Assembly (NCBI RefSeq): GCF_900199515.1
Contig: NZ_LT963434.1
Location: 1,682,180-1,714,179, forward strand
DNA: 32,000 nucleotides
Direction of reading: 5' to 3'
Origin: Massilicoli timonensis
Lineage (GTDB): Bacteria; Bacillota_I; Bacilli_A; Erysipelotrichales; Erysipelotrichaceae
The translations under genes and the position numbers were made by a program. Below are positions 1 through 7,637 of this stretch, one piece after another (position 1 is the stretch's first letter; each line of letters opens with the position of its first letter). The notes beneath the pieces are model-generated. The model did not search any database. It was not told the DNA's origin and saw only the letters and a program-made list of their open reading frames with translations.

Positions 1-1
1 T

Positions 2-910
2 GACCTGCTTACTACGGATGGTGATGGCTTTGCGGCGTCTAAGATGCTGCCTTATGGACACTATACGGTCCACCAGGTTGCCGGCGAAGATGGAAAGGCT
101 TTTATTCCGGACTTTACGGTATTTATTTCCGCGGACGGTCAGACTTACAGCTATATCCTGAATAACCGCACCATCACCGCAAGGCTGCGCGTGGAGAAGT
201 GTGACGCCGAGACCGGTAATATTATCCCTATGACCGGTACCGGGTTCCAGATCAAAGACCTGTCTACCGGCGAATTTGTCACGCAGGAAATCTACTATCC
301 GAACCCGGAAACCCTTGATACGTTCTATGTTTCGGATGAAGGCTGGCTGATGCTGCCGGAGCCGTTGCACACCGGCGATTATGAGCTTTACGAGGTGGCG
401 GCTCCTTATGGTTATGTCCTTTCCGGTGAGCCGGTGCCGTTCGGCATTGACGGCAGCGAGGCCGTTGTCACGGTCACACAGTACAATATGCCGCAGAAGG
501 GACAGCTTACGATCACTAAGACCGGAGAGGTATTTGCTTCTGTTCAGGAAAACGAAGGCTTGTATCAGCCGGTTTATGAAGTCATGGGATTGCCCGGTGC
601 GGTCTATGATGTGATTGCCGACGAGGATATTTATACCGGAGACGGCACACTTCGCGCGGCAAAGGATACGGTTGTAGAAACCCTTACTACGGGGGATGAC
701 GGAACGGCGCAGAGCGGGCTTTTGTACCTGGGCCGCTATCGTCTGGAGGAACGCCAGGCGCCGCAGGGCTGTGTCATAAATACTACCCCGGAATATGCGG
801 AGCTTACCTATGCGGGTGAGACGGTGGAAATCACGCAGACCGCCCTCGGTCTTTATGACGAGCGCCAGAAGGTCGATGTTACCCTATTTCAAAGCTCTGG
901 AAACAGATGA
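2..910 (+). pseudogene. Cna-B-type / SpaA-like repeat surface adhesin, 5' part. It is open to the window edge and the frame breaks near 884-893.
   Basis: Repeated G-x-Y-x-[LV]-x-E-x-x-A-P-x-G-Y type motifs (LPYGHYTVHQV, GDYELYEVAAPYGYVL, GRYRLEERQAPQGCVI). The frame is open from nt 2. It ends VDVTLFQSSGNR-stop, while the same protein clearly continues in another frame (FKALETDERFGIGFGEEY). Confidence 0.75.
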
Positions 911-2366
911 ACGCTTTGGCATTGGTTTTGGCGAAGAATACAAGGATATTTCCTTTGGCCTTTATGCTTCTGCTGACCTGACGGCTGCGGATGGCAGCGT
1001 GATTCCGGCGGGCGGGCTTCTGGAAGTAGTTTCCGTTTCCGCAAATGAGGCAGGTGGTTATGACGCTTCTTTTGCCTCTGACCTGCCTTTTGGCAGCTAT
1101 TTTGTGAAGGAGCGCACCACAAACAGCGCCTATGTTCTTTCTGATACCGAATATCCGGTAGTATTTGAATACGCGGGCCAGGAGACGGCGCTGGTACAGA
1201 TTCTTGTGAATGACGGCGAGGCCATTTCCAACGACCTGCTCCGCGGGCGTGTAGACGGTGTGAAATACGGTGAGGACGCAGACGGCGGCGAGGCGGTAAA
1301 GCTGGCCGGTGCGGTCATGGGCCTGTTTCAGCCTGACACGGAGGAATTTACCGAGGAAAACGCGCTGCTTACCGTTGCTACCGGCGAGGATGGCAGCTTT
1401 GCCTTTGAGAATATCCCTTACGGCCACTGGATCGTAAAAGAAATCTCCGCTCCGGTGCTTTATACCGTCAGCCCGGAAGAACATCATATCTATATCGGTG
1501 CGGACGGCCAGAGTATTGAAATCCGTGTGGATGATACCCTGATCCGCGGCAACGTACAGGTCAAAAAGACCGAAGCGGTTGACGAGCCTTCTTCCGTGGA
1601 GAAAGAGGACGAGGATAATAATACCTTTATGCGGTTCCTCTCCGGCGCGGAATTTGAACTGTATGAGGACGCCAACGGCAACAAAGAGTTTGACAGTGAG
1701 GATAAGCTGCTGGGAACGCTTACGGAGACGGACGCCGGATTCCATACGGCGGAAAATCTTCTGGCAAAGGGCTATTTTGTGAAGGAAAGCAAAGCGCCGG
1801 AGGGTTATCAGCTTGACGAAAATGCTTACTACTTTGAAATTACCGAGGACGGCCAGACGGTAGTTGTGGAAAATGGGGAGGCTGGACGCGGCTTTACCAA
1901 CGAGGCGTACCGCGGCAACCTGAAGATCACAAAGGATTCCAGTGACGGACGCAAGGATGGGTTCGCCATTGAGGTCAAGAGCGCAGACGGCTCCTATTGC
2001 GAAACCTTTACCACTCCAAAATCCGGCGTGATTGAGGTTAAGGGGCTGCGTGCCGGTATTTATACGGTAACAGAGGTAGCGAACCGTGCCAGCAAGGATT
2101 ATATCATTCCTGACGCAGCCACGGTGGAAATCAAGGCGGATCAAACAGCTACGGTCCAGTTCTTCAATGAGAAACCGGAGGAACCGGAGAATCCGGAAAA
2201 CCCGACCACGCCGTCTACGCCTTCCACTCCTTCCACGCCGTCGAATCCTGATAAGGCTGTACCGCAGACCGGGGATGACAACTTCATTTTCCTGTATGGG
2301 GGTCTTTTGGCGCTGTCTGTGATTGGCGGAGGGCTGTTCGCTGTTTCCTATTTCAAAAAGGGAAAA
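888..2366 (+). CDS. Cna-B-type repeat surface adhesin, 3' part with a Pro/Ser/Thr-rich linker and a C-terminal sorting signal. It lies in the frame of track ORF 795..3173.
   Basis: Further Cna-B-like repeats are present (GSYFVKERTTNSAYVL, IPYGHWIVKEISAP, GYFVKESKAPEGYQL, GIYTVTEVANRASKDY). They are followed by PEEPENPENPTTPSTPSTPSTPSNP and VPQTG. Residues 795-887 of the track ORF are Arg-rich junk, so coding enters this frame near 888. Confidence 0.8.
2259..2366 (+). other. Cell-wall sorting signal: VPQTG motif, hydrophobic segment, basic tail (KKGK).
   Basis: VPQTGDDNFIFLYGGLLALSVIGGGLFAVSYFKKGK. This fits the [SPV]PxTG type motif used by clostridial class B sortases (from memory). Confidence 0.8.
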
Positions 2367-3173
2367 TACAGCAGAAGGACACCTAAGACAAAGGCTGCCG
2401 GCATTACAGTCGTTTCCCTCTGCGCGGCGCTGGCCCTGTGCAGCGGTTTTCTGATGGTACGGGACATCTGCCAGTACCAGGAGAGCGCCGGAGCCTATGA
2501 CGACATTGCTTCCCTTGTAGAGCTGCCGGAGGACGGTGAAACCGAGGCGGTTCCAGATGAACCGGAAGCTGCCGGGCAGGACCCTTCTATCGTCCTCCCA
2601 GTGGTAGACTTTGAAACTCTTTGGGAGACCGGACCGGACATTATCGGATGGCTCAACCTTCCCGATACGGTTATCAATTATCCGGTTACGCAGGCTGAGG
2701 ACAACGAATATTACCTGCGCCATCTGTATGACGGTACCTATAATAAGACGGGCTGCCTGTTTGCGGACTATGAGAACCAGGCAGATTTTTCAGACCGCAA
2801 TACCATTATCTACGGTCACAATATGCGGGATGGTTCCATGTTTGCCGCGCTGAATGAGTATAATGAGCAGAGCTATTTTGACGAGCACCCGCAGATGTAT
2901 CTTGTGACCCCGGATGGCGGTTATCTCTGCGAGATTTTCACGGCATTTGTAGCAAAGCCTTCCGAATCTGGCAGCGATACTTCTCCCTGGAGGCTTGGCT
3001 GGAAGGATGACGGGGCCTATACCACATGGCTGTCTGCAATGGCGGACCGCTCTGTCATAGAAACGGATGTTACCGTGACTTCCAGTGATAAGGTGCTTAC
3101 CCTTTCCACCTGTACGCCGGGCGGAGCCAGCAGGTTTATTGTCATGGCAAAGCTGGTGGAAGTAAACAACTGA
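2367..3173 (+). CDS. srtB: Class B sortase. It has no start codon of its own and is in-frame with the upstream adhesin, with no intervening stop.
   Basis: It has a basic N-terminus plus TM segment (YSRRTPKTKAAGITVVSLCAALALCSGFLMV). Sortase motifs are present: NYPVTQAEDNEYYLRH, IIYGHNM and TLSTC (Cys codon 3111-3113). Confidence 0.8.
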   Translation, partial: YSRRTPKTKAAGITVVSLCAALALCSGFLMVRDICQYQESAGAYDDIASLVELPEDGETEAVPDEPEAAGQDPSIVLPVVDFETLWETGPDIIGWLNLPDTVINYPVTQAEDNEYYLRHLYDGTYNKTGCLFADYENQADFSDRNTIIYGHNMRDGSMFAALNEYNEQSYFDEHPQMYLVTPDGGYLCEIFTAFVAKPSESGSDTSPWRLGWKDDGAYTTWLSAMADRSVIETDVTVTSSDKVLTLSTCTPGGASRFIVMAKLVEVNN

Positions 3174-3188
3174 ACAAATCAAAAAAAC

Positions 3189-3214
3189 GGTGCGGGGGCA
3201 TATGCTCCCGCACC
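3189..3214 (+). terminator. Near-perfect palindromic hairpin after the sortase gene (weak terminator; no clean T-run).
   Basis: ggtgcggg(ggcatatgct)cccgcacc. The 8-bp stem can extend to ~13 bp with one G-T pair. It is preceded by A7 and followed by tgctattt. Confidence 0.4.
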
Positions 3215-3234
3215 TGCTATTTAGGAGGATTTTT

Positions 3235-3717
3235 ATGGTAAATGCCATTGTTTCGATACCTGGTTATGTTCATCTGTACCGCTCCCTTCTCCGGTTCTAT
3301 GATATGCCGGAAAATGAGGTCAGGGAAATGCTGTATCTTTTGAATACGGCCAACCTGGACTGCTACGAGTATTACCACCCGCAACGTGAGCTGATCCAGA
3401 GCGGGCCTGTTGCCTTCTGCCATTGGCTGGAGACGATGGACTGCCGCCCTTACCGGACGGAGGTACAGCTTTACAAGTCGCTGCTGTTTATGAAGCGCAG
3501 CGTTGACCGGGATTTGATCGTGACCTCCCAGCGGGAGGCGCTGCAAACGCTGCGGTGTATCATTTCCAACCTTGAATACCGTTTCTACAAGGCGTATGGA
3601 ATGGAGATCGAGGACAAACGGACGGTGTACGGAGAATGTACTTACCGGCTGGTTCCCAGGGAGGACGAACCGAGCGTGTGCCTGATGCACGACTGGATTT
3701 ATCTGCCGAGTGCGTAA
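3235..3717 (+). CDS. Hypothetical protein (160 aa).
   Basis: AGGAGG at 3223-3228 lies 6 nt before the ATG at 3235. I do not recognise a family. The track ORF start at 3190 lacks an RBS. Confidence 0.6.
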   Translation: MVNAIVSIPGYVHLYRSLLRFYDMPENEVREMLYLLNTANLDCYEYYHPQRELIQSGPVAFCHWLETMDCRPYRTEVQLYKSLLFMKRSVDRDLIVTSQREALQTLRCIISNLEYRFYKAYGMEIEDKRTVYGECTYRLVPREDEPSVCLMHDWIYLPSA

Positions 3718-3719
3718 AA

Positions 3720-3749
3720 TGCAACGAATAGTATATAAATTTCGTTGCA
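3720..3749. promoter_or_regulatory. Inverted repeat IR1 (TGCAACGAA-N12-TTCGTTGCA), putative AbiEi operator.
   Basis: Perfect 9-bp arms around an AT-rich centre. The same arms recur at 3838-3867. Confidence 0.6.
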
Positions 3750-3828
3750 AATAACATGGCCGAAGGCCCTTTGGCTTGAATAATCTGGCAGACATTTGGA
3801 AATACCAAAAATAAGACTCTTTGGACAG

Positions 3829-3857
3829 TTGAAAAAATGCAACGAATAATATATAAT
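3829..3857 (+). promoter_or_regulatory. Sigma-70-type promoter of the abiE operon (TTGAAA-17 nt-TATAAT).
   Basis: -35 TTGAAA is at 3829-3834 and -10 TATAAT at 3852-3857 with a 17-nt spacer. The -10 sits in the centre of IR2. AGGAGG and the ATG at 3885 follow. Confidence 0.6.
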
Positions 3858-3867
3858 ATTCGTTGCA
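3838..3867. promoter_or_regulatory. Inverted repeat IR2 (TGCAACGAATA-N8-TATTCGTTGCA), putative AbiEi operator overlapping the promoter.
   Basis: Perfect 11-bp arms with the same half-site as IR1. It overlaps the spacer and -10 of the predicted promoter. Confidence 0.65.
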
Positions 3868-3884
3868 AAGGAGGCAGATTCCAA

Positions 3885-4502
3885 ATGGCAAAAGGATATA
3901 TTCAAGAAGTACGAAAAAGGGTTGCGGCTGCGGCTGACGGGAGTGTTTTTGCCGCTTCGGATTTTGCGGATATTGCTGATGCGAATACGATACGCTCAGC
4001 CCTGTACCGGCTTGTAGAGGACGGTGTTTTACGCCGGATTTTGAAAGGCATTTATGAAAAGCCGGAATACAGCGAGATGCTGAAAGAATATGTAGCGGCA
4101 GACCCGGACGCTGTAGCAAAGGCGCTGGCCCGAAGTTATCACTGGACCATTGCCCCATGTGGGAATACAGCGTTGAATCTGCTTGGCTTATCTACGCAGG
4201 TAACGGCGGTATGGTCCTACATCAGTGACGGACCGTATAAAACCTATGAATGGAACGCCACAAAGCTGCAATTTAAGCATAGGACCAATAAAGAAATCAC
4301 CGGGCTTTCCTACATGACGATACTTGTTATTCAGGCATTGAAAACTTTGGGTAAATCGAATGTGACTTCCAAAACGATCCAGGCGCTGCAATCACGATTA
4401 AGTGAAAGTGATAAGGCGGCTATGTTAAAGGAGGCAGCAGAATCTACAGATTGGGTCTATGATACGATACGGCAGATTGCTGGGGAGGTACGAGAGAAAT
4501 GA
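3885..4502 (+). CDS. abiEi: AbiEi-family (type IV TA) antitoxin / transcriptional regulator.
   Basis: N-terminal winged-helix-like region (IRSALYRLVEDGVLRRILKGIYEKPE). Its stop overlaps the start of an AbiEii-type gene (ATGA at 4499-4502). RBS AGGAGG at 3869-3874. Confidence 0.75.
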   Translation: MAKGYIQEVRKRVAAAADGSVFAASDFADIADANTIRSALYRLVEDGVLRRILKGIYEKPEYSEMLKEYVAADPDAVAKALARSYHWTIAPCGNTALNLLGLSTQVTAVWSYISDGPYKTYEWNATKLQFKHRTNKEITGLSYMTILVIQALKTLGKSNVTSKTIQALQSRLSESDKAAMLKEAAESTDWVYDTIRQIAGEVREK

Positions 4503-5497
4503 TACAGGTTGCAAGATTTTCAGATAATGATAAGCGGCGGCTGTTTAGAAATACAGCAGATAAAATGGGCTTGAACGATGCGATTGTAGAAAAAGATTTT
4601 TGGGTATGCTTTACGTTGGATTATCTCTTTCACCGCTCACCCTGGAAAGATGCCATTACATTCAAGGGCGGTACCAGCTTATCAAAAGCCTTTAACTTAA
4701 TCAGCCGGTTTTCAGAGGATATAGACCTGATTCTGGATTGGCGTATATTGGGATATGGCAAGGATGAACCCTGGGAGAAACGCTCTAACACAAAGCAGGA
4801 CGCTTTCAATAAAGAAGCTAATGCACGGGCGGAGGTCTTTTTAGCAGAAACCTTCTGTCCGGCAATTAAAGAAGGATTATCTCAGGAGCTTGGTTGTGAT
4901 GCAGACATCCACATGGATGGCGAAGAAAAGCAGACAGTCATTTTTGCCTATCCAAAATTGTTCAGTAATGCAGGCACTTTGCAGGTAATCCGTCTGGAGA
5001 TTGGCGCTTTGGCAGCATGGACGCCGGCGACAGCGGCTGAAATTGTTCCGTATGCAGCAGAATATTACCCGGATGTCTTTACGCAGAAAAGTACAAACAT
5101 TTTGACTGTGGCGCCGGAACGTACCTTTTGGGAGAAAGCCACGATTCTGCACCATGAGGCGAACAGGCCGGAACATCTGGAAATGCCGCAGCGTTATTCC
5201 AGGCATTATTATGATTTGTACCGTATGTCTATGACTTCGGTTAAAGAGATGGCCTTTACCCGGCTCGACCTGCTGAAGAAAGTCGTGGACTTCAAAATGA
5301 AGTTTTATCCGAGAACATGGGCGAAGTACCCGGAAGCTGTGCCGGGCACGTTGAAACTGATTCCTCCGGAATATCGGTTCGCAGCACTGGAGGCGGATTA
5401 TGAATCAATGAGGGATATGCTCTATGGCGATGTACCGGATTTTGGAACCGTTATGGAGGCCGTCAAGATTCTGGAAAAAGAAATCAATACACTTTAA
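4499..5497 (+). CDS. abiEii: AbiEii/AbiGii-family nucleotidyltransferase toxin (DUF1814-like).
   Basis: Contains FKGGTSLSKAF...RFSEDIDL, the NTase signature of the family. It is translationally coupled to the upstream antitoxin. Confidence 0.85.
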   Translation: MIQVARFSDNDKRRLFRNTADKMGLNDAIVEKDFWVCFTLDYLFHRSPWKDAITFKGGTSLSKAFNLISRFSEDIDLILDWRILGYGKDEPWEKRSNTKQDAFNKEANARAEVFLAETFCPAIKEGLSQELGCDADIHMDGEEKQTVIFAYPKLFSNAGTLQVIRLEIGALAAWTPATAAEIVPYAAEYYPDVFTQKSTNILTVAPERTFWEKATILHHEANRPEHLEMPQRYSRHYYDLYRMSMTSVKEMAFTRLDLLKKVVDFKMKFYPRTWAKYPEAVPGTLKLIPPEYRFAALEADYESMRDMLYGDVPDFGTVMEAVKILEKEINTL

Positions 5498-5514
5498 GCG
5501 CACAGATTATATTG

Positions 5515-5552
5515 CCAGCTATTCTAAAATTGCTTAGGATAGCTGGTTTTTT
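5515..5552 (+). terminator. Rho-independent terminator after abiEii.
   Basis: ccagctat (5515-5522) pairs with atagctgg (5539-5546), a perfect 8-bp stem, followed by T6. Confidence 0.8.
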
Positions 5553-5573
5553 ATTTCAAGGGAGGGATGCCAT

Positions 5574-5900
5574 ATTACACAAAATGAAGTCAATGCCGTA
5601 TTTGACGAGCAGGTGCGCCGCTGTGCCGACATCCTGCAAAAGAAAACCAAAGAATATACCGGGGATGATACGGACCGCCTGGGAGCGTTCAAGGCTGCGG
5701 CTGCTTTGCAGCACTGTTCGCCGGAACGGGCCCTTGCCGGGATGCTGGCAAAGCACATTATTTCCCTGTATGATATGTGTTTTGCCGATGACGTTAGCTT
5801 TGGCATGGACACATGGGATGAAAAGATTACAGACAGTCTTAATTATCTGTTTTTACTGAAAGCCATTGTAAAGGAGGGACATACCAATCAACAGAATTGA
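5574..5900 (+). CDS. DUF1599-like protein (nucleotide-modification-associated, all-alpha NTP-pyrophosphohydrolase-like). The start is uncertain.
   Basis: ...EVNAVFDEQVRRCADILQKKTKEYTGDDTDRLGAFKAAAAL...LAKHIISLYDM resembles DUF1599 from memory. The track start GTG at 5613 has no RBS. A strong GGGAGGG (5560-5566) lies 7 nt before an in-frame ATT at 5574, and there is no in-frame ATG nearby. Confidence 0.55.
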   Translation: MTQNEVNAVFDEQVRRCADILQKKTKEYTGDDTDRLGAFKAAAALQHCSPERALAGMLAKHIISLYDMCFADDVSFGMDTWDEKITDSLNYLFLLKAIVKEGHTNQQN

Positions 5901-5901
5901 A

Positions 5902-6660
5902 GTGAAGATTTTGAACTGCCAGGCGGTACAGGAGACCGAAAAACATATGGTCTTTGCTGCCAGGCTTACCCAAAGGGGCCACCGGATTACTACAATGGAT
6001 GACCTGACGGCCCTCTATGAAAAGTCATTTAGCGCTGATACTGTGGCGGCTATCGGCAGCCTTCCGCACCCTACAGTACAGAAATTTGCGGTAATCACCG
6101 TTGCGGTTGTGGGAGCAAGCCGGCGCTTTCTGGCGCAGATCACAAGGCACCAAAATGAAGTAAAGTTTATGAGCGCATCCTTACAGTACAGCAATTACAC
6201 AGGGCAGGCGGATTTTGCCATCCCCTATGAAGTTCTGGCTGCGCCGAAAGAAATCCAGGAAATGTACCTGAAAAGCTGTAAATCTGATATGGATTGTTAT
6301 GAAGAACTGTGCGCAGCCGGGATTGGACACGATGCAGCCGGGTATGCCACGCCCCAGGGCCTTAGGAATGTGCTGATTATCAGCGCCACCGCCTTTCAAT
6401 GGAAACATATCATCGGCCAGAGGGTGTGCCGGCGTAATACGGACGAAACCAGGATCGTGCTTTTGAAAATCTGGCGAGAGCTTTATATATTGAGCCCGGC
6501 GCTGTTCGCCCCTGCTCTTGCCGGTCCATTCTGTCAAAGGGACAAATGCCTGGAGGGGAAAATGACCTGCGGAAGAAAGATTGCGGGCGGTATGACACCC
6601 GGCGAGATTTTGGCGGCAGATTATCCGCTGCTTACGGGAGGCGGCCCCTATGAAGATTAA
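5902..6660 (+). CDS. ThyX-like (flavin-dependent thymidylate synthase family) protein with a divergent signature motif.
   Basis: The overall ThyX-like layout includes ...AQITRHQNEVKFMSASLQY..., which aligns to the RHR-X7-S-x-RY ThyX motif with both Arg replaced by Gln. The GTG start at 5902 is 1 nt after the upstream stop. Confidence 0.6.
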   Translation: MKILNCQAVQETEKHMVFAARLTQRGHRITTMDDLTALYEKSFSADTVAAIGSLPHPTVQKFAVITVAVVGASRRFLAQITRHQNEVKFMSASLQYSNYTGQADFAIPYEVLAAPKEIQEMYLKSCKSDMDCYEELCAAGIGHDAAGYATPQGLRNVLIISATAFQWKHIIGQRVCRRNTDETRIVLLKIWRELYILSPALFAPALAGPFCQRDKCLEGKMTCGRKIAGGMTPGEILAADYPLLTGGGPYED

Positions 6661-7063
6661 GCTGATTGATTTTGGCGTGCCGGAAAACCGGAGACCTTAT
6701 CGGCCACATGGGAACGATGCCGGCGCAGATGTGTATATGCCCTACGACTGTACATTGCAGCCGGGCGAGATTGCAAAGGTTCCGCTGGGTTTTGGGATTG
6801 AGGTGCCGGACGGATATGCAGGATATGTGTTCCCACGAAGCAGCATGGCGGCAAAGGGGCTGGTCTGCGAGCTGCCTCCGGTAGATTCCGGCTATCGCGG
6901 TGAAATCCATGCGATTATCAGTAATGTAAGCAATAAAACCCAGGAACTTTTCAAAGGTATGCGTGTAGGACAACTTGTGATTACCCCGGTTGTGATTGCG
7001 GATTTTGTTTCGGAGTTGGGAGCAGAGCGTGGAACCGGTAATTTTGGAAGTACCGGCGAATGA
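6650..7063 (+). CDS. dut: dUTP diphosphatase (trimeric dUTPase).
   Basis: Motifs present: NDAGADVY, PRSS, VDSGYRGE and RGTGNFGSTG. GGGAGG lies 8 nt before the ATG. It overlaps the upstream gene by 11 nt. Confidence 0.9.
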   Translation: MKIKLIDFGVPENRRPYRPHGNDAGADVYMPYDCTLQPGEIAKVPLGFGIEVPDGYAGYVFPRSSMAAKGLVCELPPVDSGYRGEIHAIISNVSNKTQELFKGMRVGQLVITPVVIADFVSELGAERGTGNFGSTGE

Positions 7064-7149
7064 TCTTACTTTATTGCCGGTATAGAAGGATGTTCCCTGG
7101 GATATGCTGGAAGCAGGAGGTTTTCAATCTCTGTAGGCCAATCCAAGCT

Positions 7150-7175
7150 AAAAAAAGCGGCCAATAATGACCGCT
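7150..7175 (-). terminator. Rho-independent terminator of the XRE gene.
   Basis: On the minus strand: agcggtc-attatt-ggccgct (7 bp with one G-U pair) followed by T7, directly after the stop at 7176-7178. Confidence 0.65.
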
Positions 7176-7490
7176 TTACTTCCTGTTGTTCAGCTCTTTC
7201 ATAATGCCGAGAATATAGGCCATTGACTTAGGATCGAGCCGCTTTGCCTCTGCAACGAACTCTTGCAGGGTTTCCGGGTATGCGTTTCCTTCGTCAAAGA
7301 ATTCCAAAGGGGTTACGCCGAGATATTCGCAGATGTAGAAAAAAGACTGCATGGAGGGAAGTGATTTTTTGTTCTCAATGTTATTGATGTAGTTGTTCGC
7401 TTGCCCCAACGACAGCGACATGTCGCGTGCAGATACACCCTTTTGCGTCCTCAGCTTTGCCAGCCGTTCCGGGACAAAATCTTCGTACAT
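7176..7490 (-). CDS. XRE-family helix-turn-helix transcriptional regulator.
   Basis: Contains LAKLRTQKGVSARDMSLSLGQANNYINNIENKKSLPSMQSFFYICEYLGV. GGGAGGTG lies 8 nt before the ATG at 7490 (MYEDF...). Earlier in-frame ATGs lack proper spacing. Confidence 0.85.
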   Translation of the reverse strand: MYEDFVPERLAKLRTQKGVSARDMSLSLGQANNYINNIENKKSLPSMQSFFYICEYLGVTPLEFFDEGNAYPETLQEFVAEAKRLDPKSMAYILGIMKELNNRK

Positions 7491-7567
7491 CAACATCACC
7501 TCCCATTCTGTAATAGATTTTACCTCACACCTCTCCTTTATTCGCAAAATACAAGAGGGCGTTTCGG

Positions 7568-7596
7568 TTGACTTGCTAAAATAAATCTATTAAAAT
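7568..7596 (+). promoter_or_regulatory. Sigma-70-type promoter for the SLOG gene (TTGACT-17 nt-TAAAAT).
   Basis: -35 is at 7568-7573 and -10 at 7591-7596 with a 17-nt spacer. It lies ~40 nt upstream of the GGAGGA RBS and the ATG at 7638. Confidence 0.55.
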
Positions 7597-7637
7597 GAGT
7601 GGGATAAAAGTTTCAATCTATCGGAGGAAGAAAAGAG

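Noticed and set aside
2160-2260. Short tandem periodicity (ccggag/ccggaa, ccttcc/acgcc) that might suggest a repeat array.
   Set aside because: It encodes the PEEPENPENPTTPSTPSTPSTPSNP wall-spanning linker of the adhesin. It is not a CRISPR or non-coding tandem repeat. I saw no CRISPR-like repeat-spacer structure anywhere in the window.
879-2723. A 614-aa ORF on the minus strand, with shorter ones nested in it.
   Set aside because: It is antisense to the well-supported Cna-B adhesin/sortase ORF. It is Arg-rich and of low complexity, has no RBS and no recognisable domain. This is the typical shadow ORF of a GC-rich gene.
3217-4158. A 313-aa minus-strand ORF spanning the hypothetical gene, the IR region and abiEi.
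   Set aside because: It overlaps two + strand genes that have RBSs and family signatures. It crosses an obvious promoter/operator region, and its composition is not protein-like.
5512-5859. A 115-aa + strand ORF in an alternative frame of the DUF1599-like gene, plus minus-strand ORFs at 5534-5812 and 5556-5756.
   Set aside because: It starts inside the abiEii terminator and has no family resemblance. The other frame gives a recognisable conserved protein.
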